From the NCBI GenBank assembly GCA_951406725.2, contig OX597830.1:50468001-50532000 (forward strand): a DNA stretch of 64,000 nucleotides, in the 5' to 3' direction. This DNA comes from Octopus vulgaris (Eukaryota). The position numbers were made by a program, and so were the translations under genes. This document shows positions 14,325 to 28,051 of this stretch, piece by piece. The notes below the pieces were generated by a model. It did no database searches. It was not told the origin of the DNA and saw only the letters and a program-made list of their open reading frames with translations. Position 1 is the first letter of the stretch. Each line of letters starts with the position of its first letter.

Positions 14325-15195
14325 TACTTATATATGTGTGTGTGTGTGTGTGTGTTTGTGTATATCGCTCATTCCCTTTTCTCTCGTTCTTTTATGCAAC
14401 ACAATTACAGACACATGCAAGCTCAAATGCAAACACAAACATAAACTAACACTCTCACACAAGCACAAACACCTACACACAACCATATTTATGGCCAAAG
14501 AAAGCACCTCGTCACGTGAGCGAGCGGCTGAAATTAGTGCATTAGATGGCCATTTTACAGTCGTTTAATGTGCGCTGATGAGAGACGAAGCTTTATGGCC
14601 CTAAAATCACCGTCGCCCTCTCCACCATTCTTAAACATCACACGAATATTAGCATGAAGGGATAACCTTCCTGTTGAAGCTGTTTATGTTTTTGAACTGT
14701 AGACTTGTTTCTCTGATGAATGAGGCATTATGGTTGAAGAGTGGCGTCTACAGAAACTCACTTTGGTTATATATGGGTGTACGATATAGGACCTTCCTGA
14801 AAAGGTGTGTAAACAACAACACAAACACTAACAACAACAGCAACAACAGTTATGGAAACAGCAGTAAACGAAATAACAGCGATAGCAACAAATACCACCA
14901 CGACGATCTCCACTCCCGCCACCACAACTATTATATCCACCACATTCACCAACACCCCCCAACCACCACAGCCCCTAAAACCATTGCAAACGCAGCCACT
15001 ACTACAACCACTACCAACACTACTTCAACCACCACTATAACTACCATCACCACTATCCATCACTATAAACACCAATAATGTAATTACTGCTACAACCTAA
15101 GCATCACCACGAACACAACCACCACTACAACTACCATCACCACCACCACCACCACTACCACCACCACCACCACCACCACTACCACCACCACCACC

Positions 15196-15645
15196 ATATA
15201 AACGTATCTGTCAGGACCTACCAAAAACTGAGCAAATATAAAGATCTTGAAATAGAAATCAGCAAAATGTGGAAGCTGAAGACTAAAACAATACCTGTTG
15301 TCATAGGTGCCCTGGGAATGATAGCAAAAGGGCTGATAGCTACCTAACTCAGATACCAGGAAACCCAAAAATGGCAGAAGTTCAAAAGATAGTGCTCATG
15401 GGAACTGCTCATATCCTACGCAAAATACTCTCTATGTAACCTCAAGGTTTAAAACAACCATAATTTTCGGTTTAAAAAAAAAAAAAAAACTTTTTTTTTA
15501 GACATTCATTAGTACAACATCCCCCCCCCAATATATGGCACACTAGGCATAACAACAACATGAACTTCCAACCCTGTTGTCTCTTGAGGTCTCTGGGTGA
15601 GACTTGGAGCCAACTTGTACAAATATAAAGCAAAAGTCAAACATA

Positions 15646-15646
<1 letters not shown>
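15196..15646 (+). mobile_element. Dong/R4-type (restriction-like endonuclease) LINE 3' fragment ending in (AAT)n
   Basis: Translation INVSVRTYQKLSKYKDLEIEISKMWKLKTKTIPVVIGALGMIAKG/ADSYLTQIPGNPKMAEVQKIVLMGTAHILRKILSM* (TAA 15437-15439); 3'UTR abuts (AAT)n at 15647. Confidence 0.85.
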
Positions 15647-15708
<62 letters not shown>

Positions 15709-15746
15709 TAATCATAATAATGATAATAATAATAATAATAATGATC

Positions 15747-15822
<76 letters not shown>

Positions 15823-15860
15823 TAATCATAATAATGATAATAATAATAATAATAATGATC

Positions 15861-15930
<70 letters not shown>

Positions 15931-16030
15931 TGATGATGATGATAATATTAATAATACTGATAATAATAATAATAATAATAATGATAATAATAATAATAAT
16001 AACAATAATAATAATAATAATAATAATAAT
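15647..16030. repeat. (AAT)n microsatellite with ATG/ATC variants
   Basis: Direct inspection. Confidence 0.97.
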
Positions 16031-16199
16031 GCAGTACCATGCCCTGATGCAGTACCATGCCCTGATGCAGTACCATGCCCTGATGCAGTAAATGCCCTGA
16101 TGCAGTAAATGCCCTGATGCAGTACCTAAATGCCCTGATGCAGTACCATGCCCTGATGCAGTAAATGCCCTGATGCAGTAAATGCCCTGATGCAGTACC
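16031..16199 (+). repeat. Nine tandem 17-21-bp units containing GCCCTGATGCAGTA
   Basis: GCCCTG at 16041, 16059, 16077, 16094, 16111, 16132, 16150, 16167 and 16184. Confidence 0.95.
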
Positions 16200-16737
16200 A
16201 GGCAGTGGCTCTCATGGCTTCTGATCTTAACTGATTGGAAGTGTTATCATGTACATTGTTTTGTCTTGGTATAAAAGATGGGCTACAGCAAATATTCTGC
16301 TCAATACCACAGATTTGCTTGTCAGTTGTTTGACCTTAACCAGTTGAGCATGTCCCTTAGTGGCTGACGATATGTGCATCTCTGATCACGAGCAGAAGTA
16401 GTGGGGGAGCATCATAGCCATGTGTTGAGAATAATTCTTTGGGGTTTGAATAATTTACCTCTGGAAACATGGGTGTTTCGTTCAACGTCCTTAAACAACC
16501 CTTATTCAGGGACCGTTTGAGCGGGATGGGTTACTCGATCTGAAGAAAATTCTAACTGGGCTCCACCTGCAAGGTCATGTGCTGTTTATCTTGATATGAG
16601 ATCACCATGTCGCGCACATATGGTTCTGATGCATGTGCCTGGTGTACCCTTATCAGACGGGTAGTCATGATGGGTATACTGGGCTTCGTATATTTTACCC
16701 CAGTGTCACTTTGATGGCATGCTCTGCTCGCTCACTC
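16184..16737 (+). mobile_element. Non-coding ~550-bp dispersed repeat embedded in (AAT)n
   Basis: (AAT)n lies on both sides (beyond the tandem array on the left); a diverged partial inverted copy is at 48905-49060; no credible ORF. Confidence 0.7.
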
Positions 16738-16780
16738 AATAATAATAATAATAATGATAATAATAATAATAATAATGATG

Positions 16781-16817
<37 letters not shown>

Positions 16818-16855
16818 TGATGATGATAATAATAATAATAATGATAATAATGATG

Positions 16856-16915
<60 letters not shown>

Positions 16916-17095
16916 TCAAGAACAATAACAACAGTAGCAAAAAAAAAAAAAGAAGAAGACTGCAACAGCAACAAGAGGAAGGAAAATTATAGGAATCAGA
17001 ATGATGGAAGAGTTGTGAGGAAAAGTGAGAATTATGACCAAGAAAGTGTGTCTTGTTGACATCTAGAAAATATAACTGTCAAGCGGTTAATTGCA

Positions 17096-17300
<205 letters not shown>

Positions 17301-17404
17301 GTAGATAGATATATTCCAACTTGTATAAACAGGTATGCGTATACATATATAAATACAAATATATGTATAAATGAATATACATCTCTCTCAATATACGTAT
17401 TACA

Positions 17405-17451
<47 letters not shown>

Positions 17452-17538
17452 ACATATATATGTGTGTGTATATATATGTATCTATATATACACACACACG
17501 CGTGCACATGCACACACTCATACATGTATATATATGTG

Positions 17539-17595
<57 letters not shown>

Positions 17596-17898
17596 GCAGT
17601 ATTTCGTTGCATTCACTCAAAATGACGTTTTCTTCAGATTTTGTTTCATTACTACTAGTTTTCAGTTCGAATAAAGCTCTGCGCAATGCAAGATGACGTC
17701 ACCGTGTTATTGACGAATGACTGCCTCGAGTCACCTAATTCTCAATTTTAAACTCGCAAATTCTATTGCAAATGGCGTTATGTGTTATATACTTCGTTTG
17801 ATTTATTAAATGACGGTGTATTTTCAATGGAATACCAGAGAATTTACTGGAAAAGAATAAGAATGTAATAGTTATTATTTGACATCACCACTAAAATG

Positions 17899-18340
17899 CA
17901 CATTATCAGTACTATTATACATTATCAGTAATAACAGATAGTATTAATGATATAAAACTTATAATTGATATTAGACATTATAAACTGATAATACCGGTGA
18001 TGGTGGGCGCTATTTGTCATCATAGATAATATAGGAAATAATAGACATTATTAGTGAAATTGGATATTATCAATGATATTGTACATTATGAGTGATTATT
18101 AGACATTATAATATATATAAATATTATCAGTGATATTAGATGTAATAAAATGATAGTGGACATTATGAGTGTTATTAACCATTATCAGTAATAACTGACA
18201 ATATCAGTGACAGGAGACATTATTAATAATAATTGATATTATCAGTAAGTACAGACATTATCAATATTAATTGACACCATCAGTGATAACAGACACAATA
18301 AGTGATAACAAATATTATAATTAATAATTGATATGATCTG
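17899..18340. repeat. Degenerate ~19-bp minisatellite, consensus about GACATTATCAGTGATATTA, roughly 20 or more units
   Basis: Recurrent GACATTAT/GATATTAT at ~19-nt spacing. Confidence 0.7.
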
Positions 18341-19835
18341 AGTTGATGGATTTTACAAATGATTTTGGACACTGTCTGTAATATGGGGCATTGTATACCT
18401 TGTTGCAAACATCTAATGTATTATAACTGATTCCCAAGACATCAAGAGTATTCGCTGAATGAAGACCAAATGAAGGCATCTTCTCGTGGTCGCTTGATAT
18501 GTTAGAAATAGCAACTAATTAACCCTTCTCCCTCTCATTTTGCCATAACGTATTATCAAAGAAGAAAAGTATATATTTGATAACTTATGTGCGAATGTAG
18601 TTTGTCTGGACAGCTGGAACACCTCAGTTATTAGGTCTGCTCGATTAAGGATTAAATCGGAGGTAGACAACCACAATGATAATAACAACAATAACAACAA
18701 CATCAACATCAGCGTCACCACCAATCACAACTTTCGCACTAACACCACCACCACCACCACCACCACCACCACAGCAAAAACAACAACAAAGAAAACTGAA
18801 GCATCATCATCATCATTATAATCATTAACAACAAGCGCGGCAAAAAAAAACAAACAATAGCAACGATAAAAACATGTCTCGGAAATAATTAAACTGCTAA
18901 TAAGGTAATATCCGATTGTTTACTTAGATTTCAGATTAATGGCGGCAAAGGTTTCCTTAGAAGGTCGTCATGATTCCAAGATCAATAATTCCTTAGAGAC
19001 TGACAGTAGCAACAACCAAATTGTTGAATAGGGAACACACAAGCAAGAGTGTCACCCCCACCAACGTTGACTGTGAATGTCAAAACAGTTTTCCATTCCA
19101 TTCATCAATAGATATATTTTGATAATAACCACATCGCTCTACATACTTTAATGGGTAAAAACACCCATTAAAAAAGGGAATGAGAGTGGAAAGGTTTGAA
19201 GATAGAACAAAAATAAGACACACACACGCAAAAAAAAAAATATCTACGTATTTTCTTCGTATTTTTATTGAAAAGAAAATACGAAGAGGAAAATACGTTT
19301 GACAAATATAAAGTAAAGAAACAAACTGAAAATATGAACTTACAACGAAGGGAGAAAAATCGATGAAGCTAAAAGTTTGATATAAAGATAAATAAAAGAA
19401 ACACAGAAAAAATTTTTTTTTACATGTGAAAGTAATCGATAGTAGAAGCATCTGTCTGGTTTGATATCAGCGAGATCAAGTTATGGTAAATGGAATTGGA
19501 AAGAGATTTTGTTTCCGACCTTAAGATTAGTCAACGATTCAAATAAATGATGTAAACCTGGTTAAGAGCATGTTAAAGACGAAATCGTGATAGAAAAAAA
19601 AAATGCCTTCGTCTACAAAATGGCGAGTTTTATGTATTTATGAAGGAACAAAGTCTGAATGTATGTCTAGGTTAATAATGAAAACGTAGCAACAGAATAA
19701 GGGTAGGGAAAAAGAAGAGAGTAAGCAGAATGGTGAACTAATTAGGGCATGATATGTATATATGTGTGTGTGTATGTATGTATGTATGTATGTATGTATG
19801 TATGTATGTTTGTAAGTATGTATGTATGTGTGTAT

Positions 19836-20170
19836 ATGGCTCCGGGTTCAGCCCTGCAGCGTAGCACCTTGGGCAGGTATCTCTTACTATAGCCTCGGGC
19901 CGACCAAATTCTTGTGGTTGGATTTAGTAGACGGAAACTGGAAGAAGTCCGTCGTATATATACATATATATATGTGTGTGTGTGCGTCCCCCCACCATCG
20001 CTTGACAACCAATGTTGGTGTGGTGTTTACGCCCCGGTAACTTAGCGATTTCGGCAAACGATACCGATAGAATAAGTATAAGGCTTACAAAGAATAAGTC
20101 CTGGGGCCGACTTGTTCCACTAAAGGCGGTGCTCCAGCATGGCCACATTCAATTGACTGAAACAAGTAAA
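19836..20170 (+). mobile_element. SINE family B, 5'-truncated
   Basis: GGTTCAGCCC...CACCTTGGGCAGGT...GCTCCAGCATGGCC...GACTGAAACAAGTAAA. Confidence 0.88.
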
Positions 20171-20199
20171 CAAACGAAAAGAAAACTATGAATGTATAC

Positions 20200-20268
<69 letters not shown>

Positions 20269-20297
20269 TGTATAGAATTTAATATAAAATATAAATT

Positions 20298-20590
20298 ACA
20301 AAGTGGGACAAGAACGCAAAACACACAAGGAGACGACACAAAAAACCGACGGGTCACTCGAAGCCTCTAATCTTCAGTCGGGAACCGGATCATCTTAGTG
20401 ATTTCGGCTGTTTAAGCTCGATATCACTCCGATCCGGCCAGCCCCAAGGAAAATCCAAGCCACAGGCATTGGATTTCTTGGAAGGAGGGTCGAATGTATA
20501 CGGAACAAAGACAGGATGCCACATGTATGTAAAAGAAGAAACAAAATTATATATAAAACAGAAATAAAAAACACGAAGGACAGGAGCCTC
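20298..20590. mobile_element. (TA)n-embedded repeat, probable PLE terminus (same family as 42960-43200)
   Basis: Shares GACGGGTCA, GGCCAGCCCCAAGGAAAA and CGAATGTATACG with 42960-43200. Confidence 0.5.
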
Positions 20591-20641
20591 TTACGACTTT
20601 ATATATATATATGTGTGTATGTATGTATGTGTGTATGTGTA

Positions 20642-20707
<66 letters not shown>

Positions 20708-21210
20708 CCAACGATTATGCCAGCTCACTGCCTTGACGACAACGACATCATAATCAACAAGAACAATATTTAACCATAGTACTACATGATAAGATTTTCC
20801 CTGCTTCATTATCAATGGTCTGCTCGAGGTCGGCCCCTTAATTGTCAGCTAACATCTTGATTTAAGTGTTTCCTTTACCAAATCTCATGATATTGCTTCT
20901 AATAAATCTTGATTTTTATGACTATACCCACTATGATTTCTGTCGACTCCCTCAGCCCTACTCCAAACAGACACAGCCCTTGTTCTCTCGACCTTAGATA
21001 TACAAGGATTTGATAAAACTAGTCTATAAATTAAAACTGACCCCGCAAAACAGTGACTAGCAAAATCTGTAACAAGCCTTTCTTCCTAATACCTTAGTAG
21101 ATTCTAAGCTGAAGTGAAGGCAGCATGTTCTTTGTCTATCTAATTTTAAGTAAAATTATAAATTATACTAATGTGTCCATCTGTTTTAATCTAATTAAAT
21201 TCTGTCTTTG

Positions 21211-21296
21211 TGCAGCTGGGGATTGCTTTGCATTTAAATTGATGTAATGGTTGCATTGCTCAATTAAATGAAGTTGCATGAAACGATCGTACTGCA
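21211..21296 (+). ncRNA. Type I hammerhead relic (core CTGGGGA, A6G)
   Basis: Stem I TGCAG/CTGCA; stem II includes CATTTAAATTGA/TCAATTAAATG; GAAA 21280-21283; palindromic stem III ACGATCGT; GUA cleavage triplet. Confidence 0.6.
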
Positions 21297-21420
21297 TTAC
21301 CTCTGGATATACTTGTTGCCTATTTTGATTATAATCACCTTATTTTGAAATTGTCTGGATAATACCATAGTGCCTCGACTCAAGTACCATATTCATCTGA
21401 ATCTAAATTTTTACTATATG

Positions 21421-21453
<33 letters not shown>

Positions 21454-21499
21454 GTGTGTGTGTGTGTATGCATGTACATATTTATGCGTGTGTACATAT

Positions 21500-21670
21500 G
21501 TCTGTGTTTGTATCCTTCTACCGCTTGACAACCTATACTGGCATGGTTATGTTAACGTTAACTAGCGGTTCGGCAAAAGTGACCGTTAGAACAAGTATTT
21601 GGTTTGCAAAGAATAAGTCCTGGGCGGTTCCTTAGCATTGCCTCAGTCAAATGACTGAAACAAGTAAAAT
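21500..21670 (+). mobile_element. SINE family B, diverged 3' half
   Basis: CGCTTGACAACC...AGCGGTTCGGCAAAAG...AGAATAAGTCCTGGG...GACTGAAACAAGTAAA. Confidence 0.75.
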
Positions 21671-22024
21671 AATAAACGAATAGAAGAACATGTATATATC
21701 CACATATCCATATGTACGTTTACATTCACACTCACACAATTACAAGTATAATGATTTTTGCTGGAATAAAATTGAAAGATTATATTTTCCCAAGAAAAGC
21801 AAAACATCGAAGCAACATAAATAAAAAAAAACAGGCAAAAAAAAAAAAATAATAAATAAATGAGATTAAATAAAAGAGACTTCCAAGACATGCTTTTCTG
21901 CTGCTTGAGTAATATTGTATGGACTATTTTGATAAGGATTACTTCAGAGTTCTCTTCGATAGTATCTCAACAATATTTTACTAGTATTGTTATCTGATGA
22001 TGGTCTATAGAGATATTACGGTGT

Positions 22025-22055
<31 letters not shown>

Positions 22056-22060
<5 letters not shown>

Positions 22061-22214
22061 ATATGTGACAATTATTCGGTAGCCATGATAAAACTCCGAG
22101 ATTCGGACGCCGAGGTGGAGTTTTATCTTGGCTACCAAATAATTGTCACATATTACATTTACAGATAAATTCCTCTATTTACATAGTATTCTTGTGTTGT
22201 CTTACCATTTTTAT

Positions 22215-22216
<2 letters not shown>
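22056..22216. mobile_element. Fold-back element in (TA)n, internally shorter relative of 38283-38571
   Basis: Palindrome 22056-22158 (ATGTAATATGTGACAATTATT...AATAATTGTCACATATTACAT); shared right tail ACAGATAAATTCCTCTATTTAC...GTCTTACC.TTTTTATCAAT. Confidence 0.75.
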
Positions 22217-22262
<46 letters not shown>

Positions 22263-22473
22263 GTTAATCCAAACATAAAAAACACAAAGAGAAAACAGAA
22301 CAACGCGAGGACATGGAACAAATATAGTATTAATGGACGCTCAGGAAGGAAGGGAAGAAGGAGGGTTTAACGTTTCGAGCGGAGCTCTTCGTCGGAAACA
22401 TAGGAAAAGGAAAGATCCAGATAAGGGAAGACGGAGGAAAAAAAATCGCCAACGGTACACACGCGGTCACATT
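22263..22473 (-). mobile_element. ~210-bp HHR-bearing element in (TA)n, copy 2
   Basis: Same termini as 1991-2195. Confidence 0.7.
22365..22399 (-). ncRNA. Minimal type I hammerhead (U4C core variant), GUU cleavage triplet
   Basis: Minus strand GTTT-CCGACGA-A-GAGC-TCC-GCTC-GAAAC-GTT-AAAC; stem III reduced to the palindrome ACGT. Confidence 0.6.
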
Positions 22474-23440
22474 ATATATACACGATCGGACTTCCAGAAC
22501 TAATTCTTTGTAATCATTTGTCTCTCGATTTCACACATTGGAAAATAAGGCCATGCTGGGCCACTGCCTTTGAGGGTTTAGTCAAACTTTTTGATCTCAA
22601 TACATGTTATTATGTAAATGTAGAACCGAAAACAGGCAGCTTATACAAAGAACAAGCTAAACCAGGGGCATGAAGCCAAGGATGTAAGCATATATACATA
22701 CAACCCAGCATATATACTCACACACATGCATATAAACATACACACAAATGCAGTCATGCATGCATACATGCACACATACATTCGCATACATATGACATAT
22801 ACATTTGCATACATACACACACAAATACACACATATACGTATGTATTCACACATGAAAACGATTTTGTTTTATGTCTGCTACAAAGCGCATGGAATTATA
22901 AACATTTAAAATATGAAAATAACCAAGAGATGGTGTTCGGAATGTTGCATTAGAAATGTTTGTTAGTTTCTTATATTTCGGGTAAAATACCCCTTGAGGA
23001 AGTAAAACTTTTTAAAGCAACATAAAAAAGAAATAAGAGTTATAAATCTATGCCAGTGCATCGGTTACAAAAAGGATTGACAATACGTGGGAGATTATAT
23101 ATGATGTGTGTATTTGAGGAATTAAGTAAAACCGCCATTCACAACTGTAGAAGTAGTAGTTCCAGAGGTTGTAGTACTCTTAGAAGCAGTAGGATGCACC
23201 TTCATTCAATGTCGTTATGAAAGTATTAATACTAATACTAGCATAAGTGGCAACAGCGGCGGTGGTTGTGGTTGTGGTTGTGGTGGTGGTAGTAGTAGTA
23301 ATACAAGCAGCTGTATTGGTTGTAGTGGTGGTAACAGGTCCTGGTGGCATTGGTAGAAACTGCAATGACTGCAGGACCAATAGTAGTAGTAGAAGCAGAA
23401 GATGGTTAAATTAGGAACCCTGCATACACAGATACATATG

Positions 23441-23491
<51 letters not shown>

Positions 23492-23876
23492 TTTATGTGT
23501 ATATGTATTATATATGTATAAACATGACTGTATATACCTATACACTTATGTTTATTTTATGCATCTAATATACAGTGTACATGTGTATGTAATAAATATT
23601 TATACACATACGTGTGTGTGTGCTTATTTATGTGTGTGTTTGCATGGGTATGTATGTTTGTACGTGTGTGTGTATGTGTTCGCTTCAGTTATGTACATTT
23701 GGCCCTACATCCTCGATAATGGTTTAAAGTGATGAAATATGACGATGTGAGTGTGGCTTTGCATATTTTAACATCTCCAGGACAACAGTATCAGAGCAGC
23801 GAAGATATGTTATGAATCTGTTCAACAAGCATCACACACACGTACACACACACACACACACACGCACAAATACAAA

Positions 23877-23971
<95 letters not shown>

Positions 23972-24760
23972 GTATTCGGACGCACACCATTTGCTGACAT
24001 CAATACTTCCTAAACCATAATTCCTTTCTCTTTTTCATTATTTATTTTGGTTCATTTATTCGTATTTATGTGATCATCGATATAAATTTTTCCTCCCTTA
24101 AATTTTGATATTATTTGATTGAAATTATTTTAAAGCAATTAGATTATAATTTTCACTTTGACATTTTAAATTAATTATTTTTCCAGACGTTATTATGTAA
24201 AACAATGGCAGCCTTGCTCTCTTACAGAAATTCTAAAGTTGGCAGGAAACACTTAACATTTTCTCTCCTACAAGAGAAGTGATTATATTTAACTAGAAAC
24301 TTCGATTTAAACGAACATAGCAATTAACGAACAATCTCGATGAATAGCAAAAAACAACAAACAAAAAAAATTAACGTGCAGAGTCACTCTCAAATAAATG
24401 GGACACACTCTAGGTCGATCCTTCCTAGATATGCTTCATGTTTGCTTTGAAAAGCAAAACCCGGATGTTTAATGATTTTTTATTTATTTTTGTATTTATT
24501 CCTTTTTGATTATTTTGTTTTGTGTATTTTGTTGTATTATTCATATATTTTTGTTTGTTTTATTTTTTTGTTTTCAGTTTTCGTTATATATTTTTTTTTC
24601 CATTAAACTTGATCCAAGGTCTTTTTTTTTTTAATTAAATTAAGGAACGGAGTGTCGTTTTAGTACATACACCAAGTAAGACGCATACAGAAATGCATAT
24701 GAACATCTGTACACACAGATTCACACACACACACACACAGACATGCACATACACATGTTG

Positions 24761-24813
<53 letters not shown>

Positions 24814-25296
24814 ATGTATGAATATGTATATGTATATATATGTATGTATATGTATGTATGTATATGTATATATATGTATGTATGTATATATGCATGTATG
24901 TATGTATATGTATATGTATATATATGTATATATACATATATATATGTGTGTGTCTGTTTGTGCCCGTGTGTGCATGACTATCTATCTAACTATATGTCTG
25001 TCTATCTGCATATCAACATGCACGCATGTACATACTTATACTAACACAATACTCACACATACACATTTATACACATATACACATACATAAGTACACTTGT
25101 CATTGATTACATTTTAGAACAGCTTTCAGCATGATATCGATCCAGGCTCACTATATTCAACTAACCTACACACCTTGCCATACCAAACGTTCTTCGCATC
25201 ATTCCTCACCATTCTTACACCATTCCTTATCATTCTTACTTTTACATCAATGACTTTCACTCGTCACAGGAACATGACACACAGCATTTTTGCATG

Positions 25297-25328
<32 letters not shown>

Positions 25329-25389
25329 TCAACGTTTGCCTCCTTTTTCACTTCTGTCTTTCCTTTTCGTCTGCATTTTTTATCGAAGG

Positions 25390-25522
25390 TCTTCTTCTTC
25401 CTCTTATTCTTCCTCTTCTTCTTCTTCTTCTTCTTCTTCTTCTTCTTCTTCTTCTTCTTCTTCTTCTTCTTCTTCTTCTTCTTCTTCTTCTTCATGCTGC
25501 TGTTATTGTTGTTATTCCTACC

Positions 25523-25597
<75 letters not shown>
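25390..25597. repeat. (CTT)n followed by (ATT)n microsatellite
   Basis: Direct inspection. Confidence 0.95.
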
Positions 25598-26834
25598 GAC
25601 TCTCTTAGTGTGAAGACGTTTATTTGATTCCCTTTGCGAAAGACTTTTTTTTATTTCAAGGATTATCAAATTGTTTTTTTTGTTTTTGTTTTTGACTACT
25701 TGCTAAAACAGACTATGATTACATAAGAAAAGCCTACCCACAGTATCTGGTAGGTAGAGAAAAAGCAAACCCAAACTGTTTGTTTTATGAACTTTTAAAA
25801 TGTATTTATTGACAGACATTACATTCTCACATCCAAAATGGCCGCCAAACATTGATATGCCACAGGACCGAACACCGAAACAGGAAACGACGAAAAAAGA
25901 AACCAACTCAAAATCAAAAGAGAAGAGAAGGAGACAGTGAACAATTTATTGGCCGATTGTTAGATAAAAATAAAAATACCTCCAATACTCGAACAAGTAA
26001 CTTTGAAGAAAACGATAATAATAATAATAATAATAACGACTACAACAAGTCCTTTCCACAAAGTTAAACACTGTAACTCGTTCATAAAATACTTGTGTGA
26101 GAGTGAATGTTCTCTCAATACAAACTGAATAAACAAACTTTTTGACCTGTCACAGTTTCTAGAAAAAAAATGTGGTTGGGAAAATTTTGTTTGGTGAAAC
26201 AGTATTTCTTTGCTACATGGTCTATTCCAGGAGAGTAAGAGAGAATAAGAAAGAGAAAGAGAGTGGAGGAGAGAGGGAGAGAGGGAGAGAGAGAAAGAGA
26301 GAGAGAGAGAGGTGAAAAATTATATAACTGTGCTGCTGTAAGGACGGGTGTGAACTAAAACTGCTCTCACAGTAAGTGTTCAATAAGTACTTCGAGTGAT
26401 CTCGGAAGAAATAATCTCATCAGAAAAAGGCAAAATTTATGGCACAATCAGAGATATTTCTGACTATACATTTGGACCCCAGTACATAAGTTGTTAAAAT
26501 ACGAGAGTGACGAGAATGATACTGGACATGGCGTAGCTCCATGACGTGTGGTGACTTAGAAATGTAGTATAGGCGAGTGGGTGAGCCAGGCAGAGAGCAT
26601 GCGGTTGATAATAGACGACATGACAGTCTTGTGGTCTGCATTTGTTGAAGTATGAATCACTAAAGAGCTAATTGCATTTAGGAAACTGAAATGATCAAGG
26701 ACAACTGAGAGAACATCAAGAACAACGATGTCATTTTCCAGAGCACTATCACCCAAAACCTTTCAAGATGGAATGAGAAATCTCTTTCTGATTAATAATA
26801 AGAATTAATAATCAAACAAGCCATTATCTAATAT

Positions 26835-27070
26835 TCTTTTCTACTCTAGGCACAAGGCCCAAACTTTTTGGGAGAAGGGGCCAGTCGATTAGATTGACCC
26901 CAGTGCGTAAATGGTACTTAATTTATCCACCCCGAAAGGATGAAAGGCAAAGTCGACCTCGGCGGAATTTGAACTCAGAACGTAGCGGCAGGCGAAATAC
27001 CTATCTCTTTACTACCCACAAGGGGCTAAACACAGAGAGGACAAACAATGACAGGTAAACGGATTAAGTC
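26835..27070 (-). mobile_element. SINE family A variant (alternative tail) with partial tandem unit
   Basis: Family A core; junction GAAATAC|CTATCTCTTT at about 27000. Confidence 0.8.
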
Positions 27071-27965
27071 TCTCCCTTACACTCTCCTCCTTTCCCCCTA
27101 CACTTTCCGACGCTCACCTACACTCTCCTCCACTCATCTACACTCTCTTACTCTCCTCAAAACTATCTTCCTCTCCCATTTCTTTCGTGTCCGAATCTAC
27201 AGAAATACCTAAGATTTGTTGCATAACAAACAGGAACAAACTTTAAAAAGCCCACAAGACCTGAATAAAGATATAAAAACAAGCAACAACGAAACCGAGC
27301 AAATGGAATAAATAACGTAAAGAATTCTCTAACGATTTCACTAATTTACCGCCTTCAGTCATGTCTGGAACATCTTTGATCAGCTCGAGTGGATCAAGTT
27401 TTAGGCTCGGGGCTAAACAACAACAGGGAAGGACACATTTAGCTAATGCAGTATTAGATTTGATCTGTCTGATTAAATAGAAAAATGAGGTGGCCATGTT
27501 TTAGAAACCTTTGATCAAGAGTTTGCCGTGTCAAGGAGACTCGGGGCTAAAGAAAAATAACGGTAACAATAACAGCAACAACAGCTGTAGTAATAACAAC
27601 AACAACAACAACAAAAACAAAAGCAACAGCAGCAGCAGCAACAACAACAACAAGATGAGTAAAAACCAACAAAAGATTGATGTCATCAAAAGATAAACTA
27701 AAGCCTTAACCACGTGTTTATTTCGATTCTTTAATGTGCTTTTGTAATAATATGACGGATATTACGCAGGCAGGCTGTAGAAAGACAATAATGTCGGAAA
27801 TATAACAGCTTTGAGAAACTAATATATTCTCTTCTTGATAATAAATTGCTGTTGTTGTTGTGTCCTTAAATTTTCCATTTTATAGTTTTTCTTAAAAAAA
27901 GTTACTTCTTTTAGCAAATTTTTCGGCTTTCATTTGATATTTATCTTCTCTATTAAACTGACGTA

Positions 27966-28051
<86 letters not shown>

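Noticed and set aside
14575-14600. CTGATGA-GAGAC-GAAG hammerhead-like string
   Set aside because: No GAAA and no stem I pairing.
16031-16199. CRISPR-like short repeat array
   Set aside because: No unique spacers, no cas genes, and the context is eukaryotic.
20362-20409. Possible type II hammerhead on the minus strand (AGCC-GAAA-UCA..UGA-UC-CGG/CCG-A-CUGAAGA)
   Set aside because: Needs an extra base before the core and a 5-nt insertion before stem II; not preserved in the 43 kb relative.
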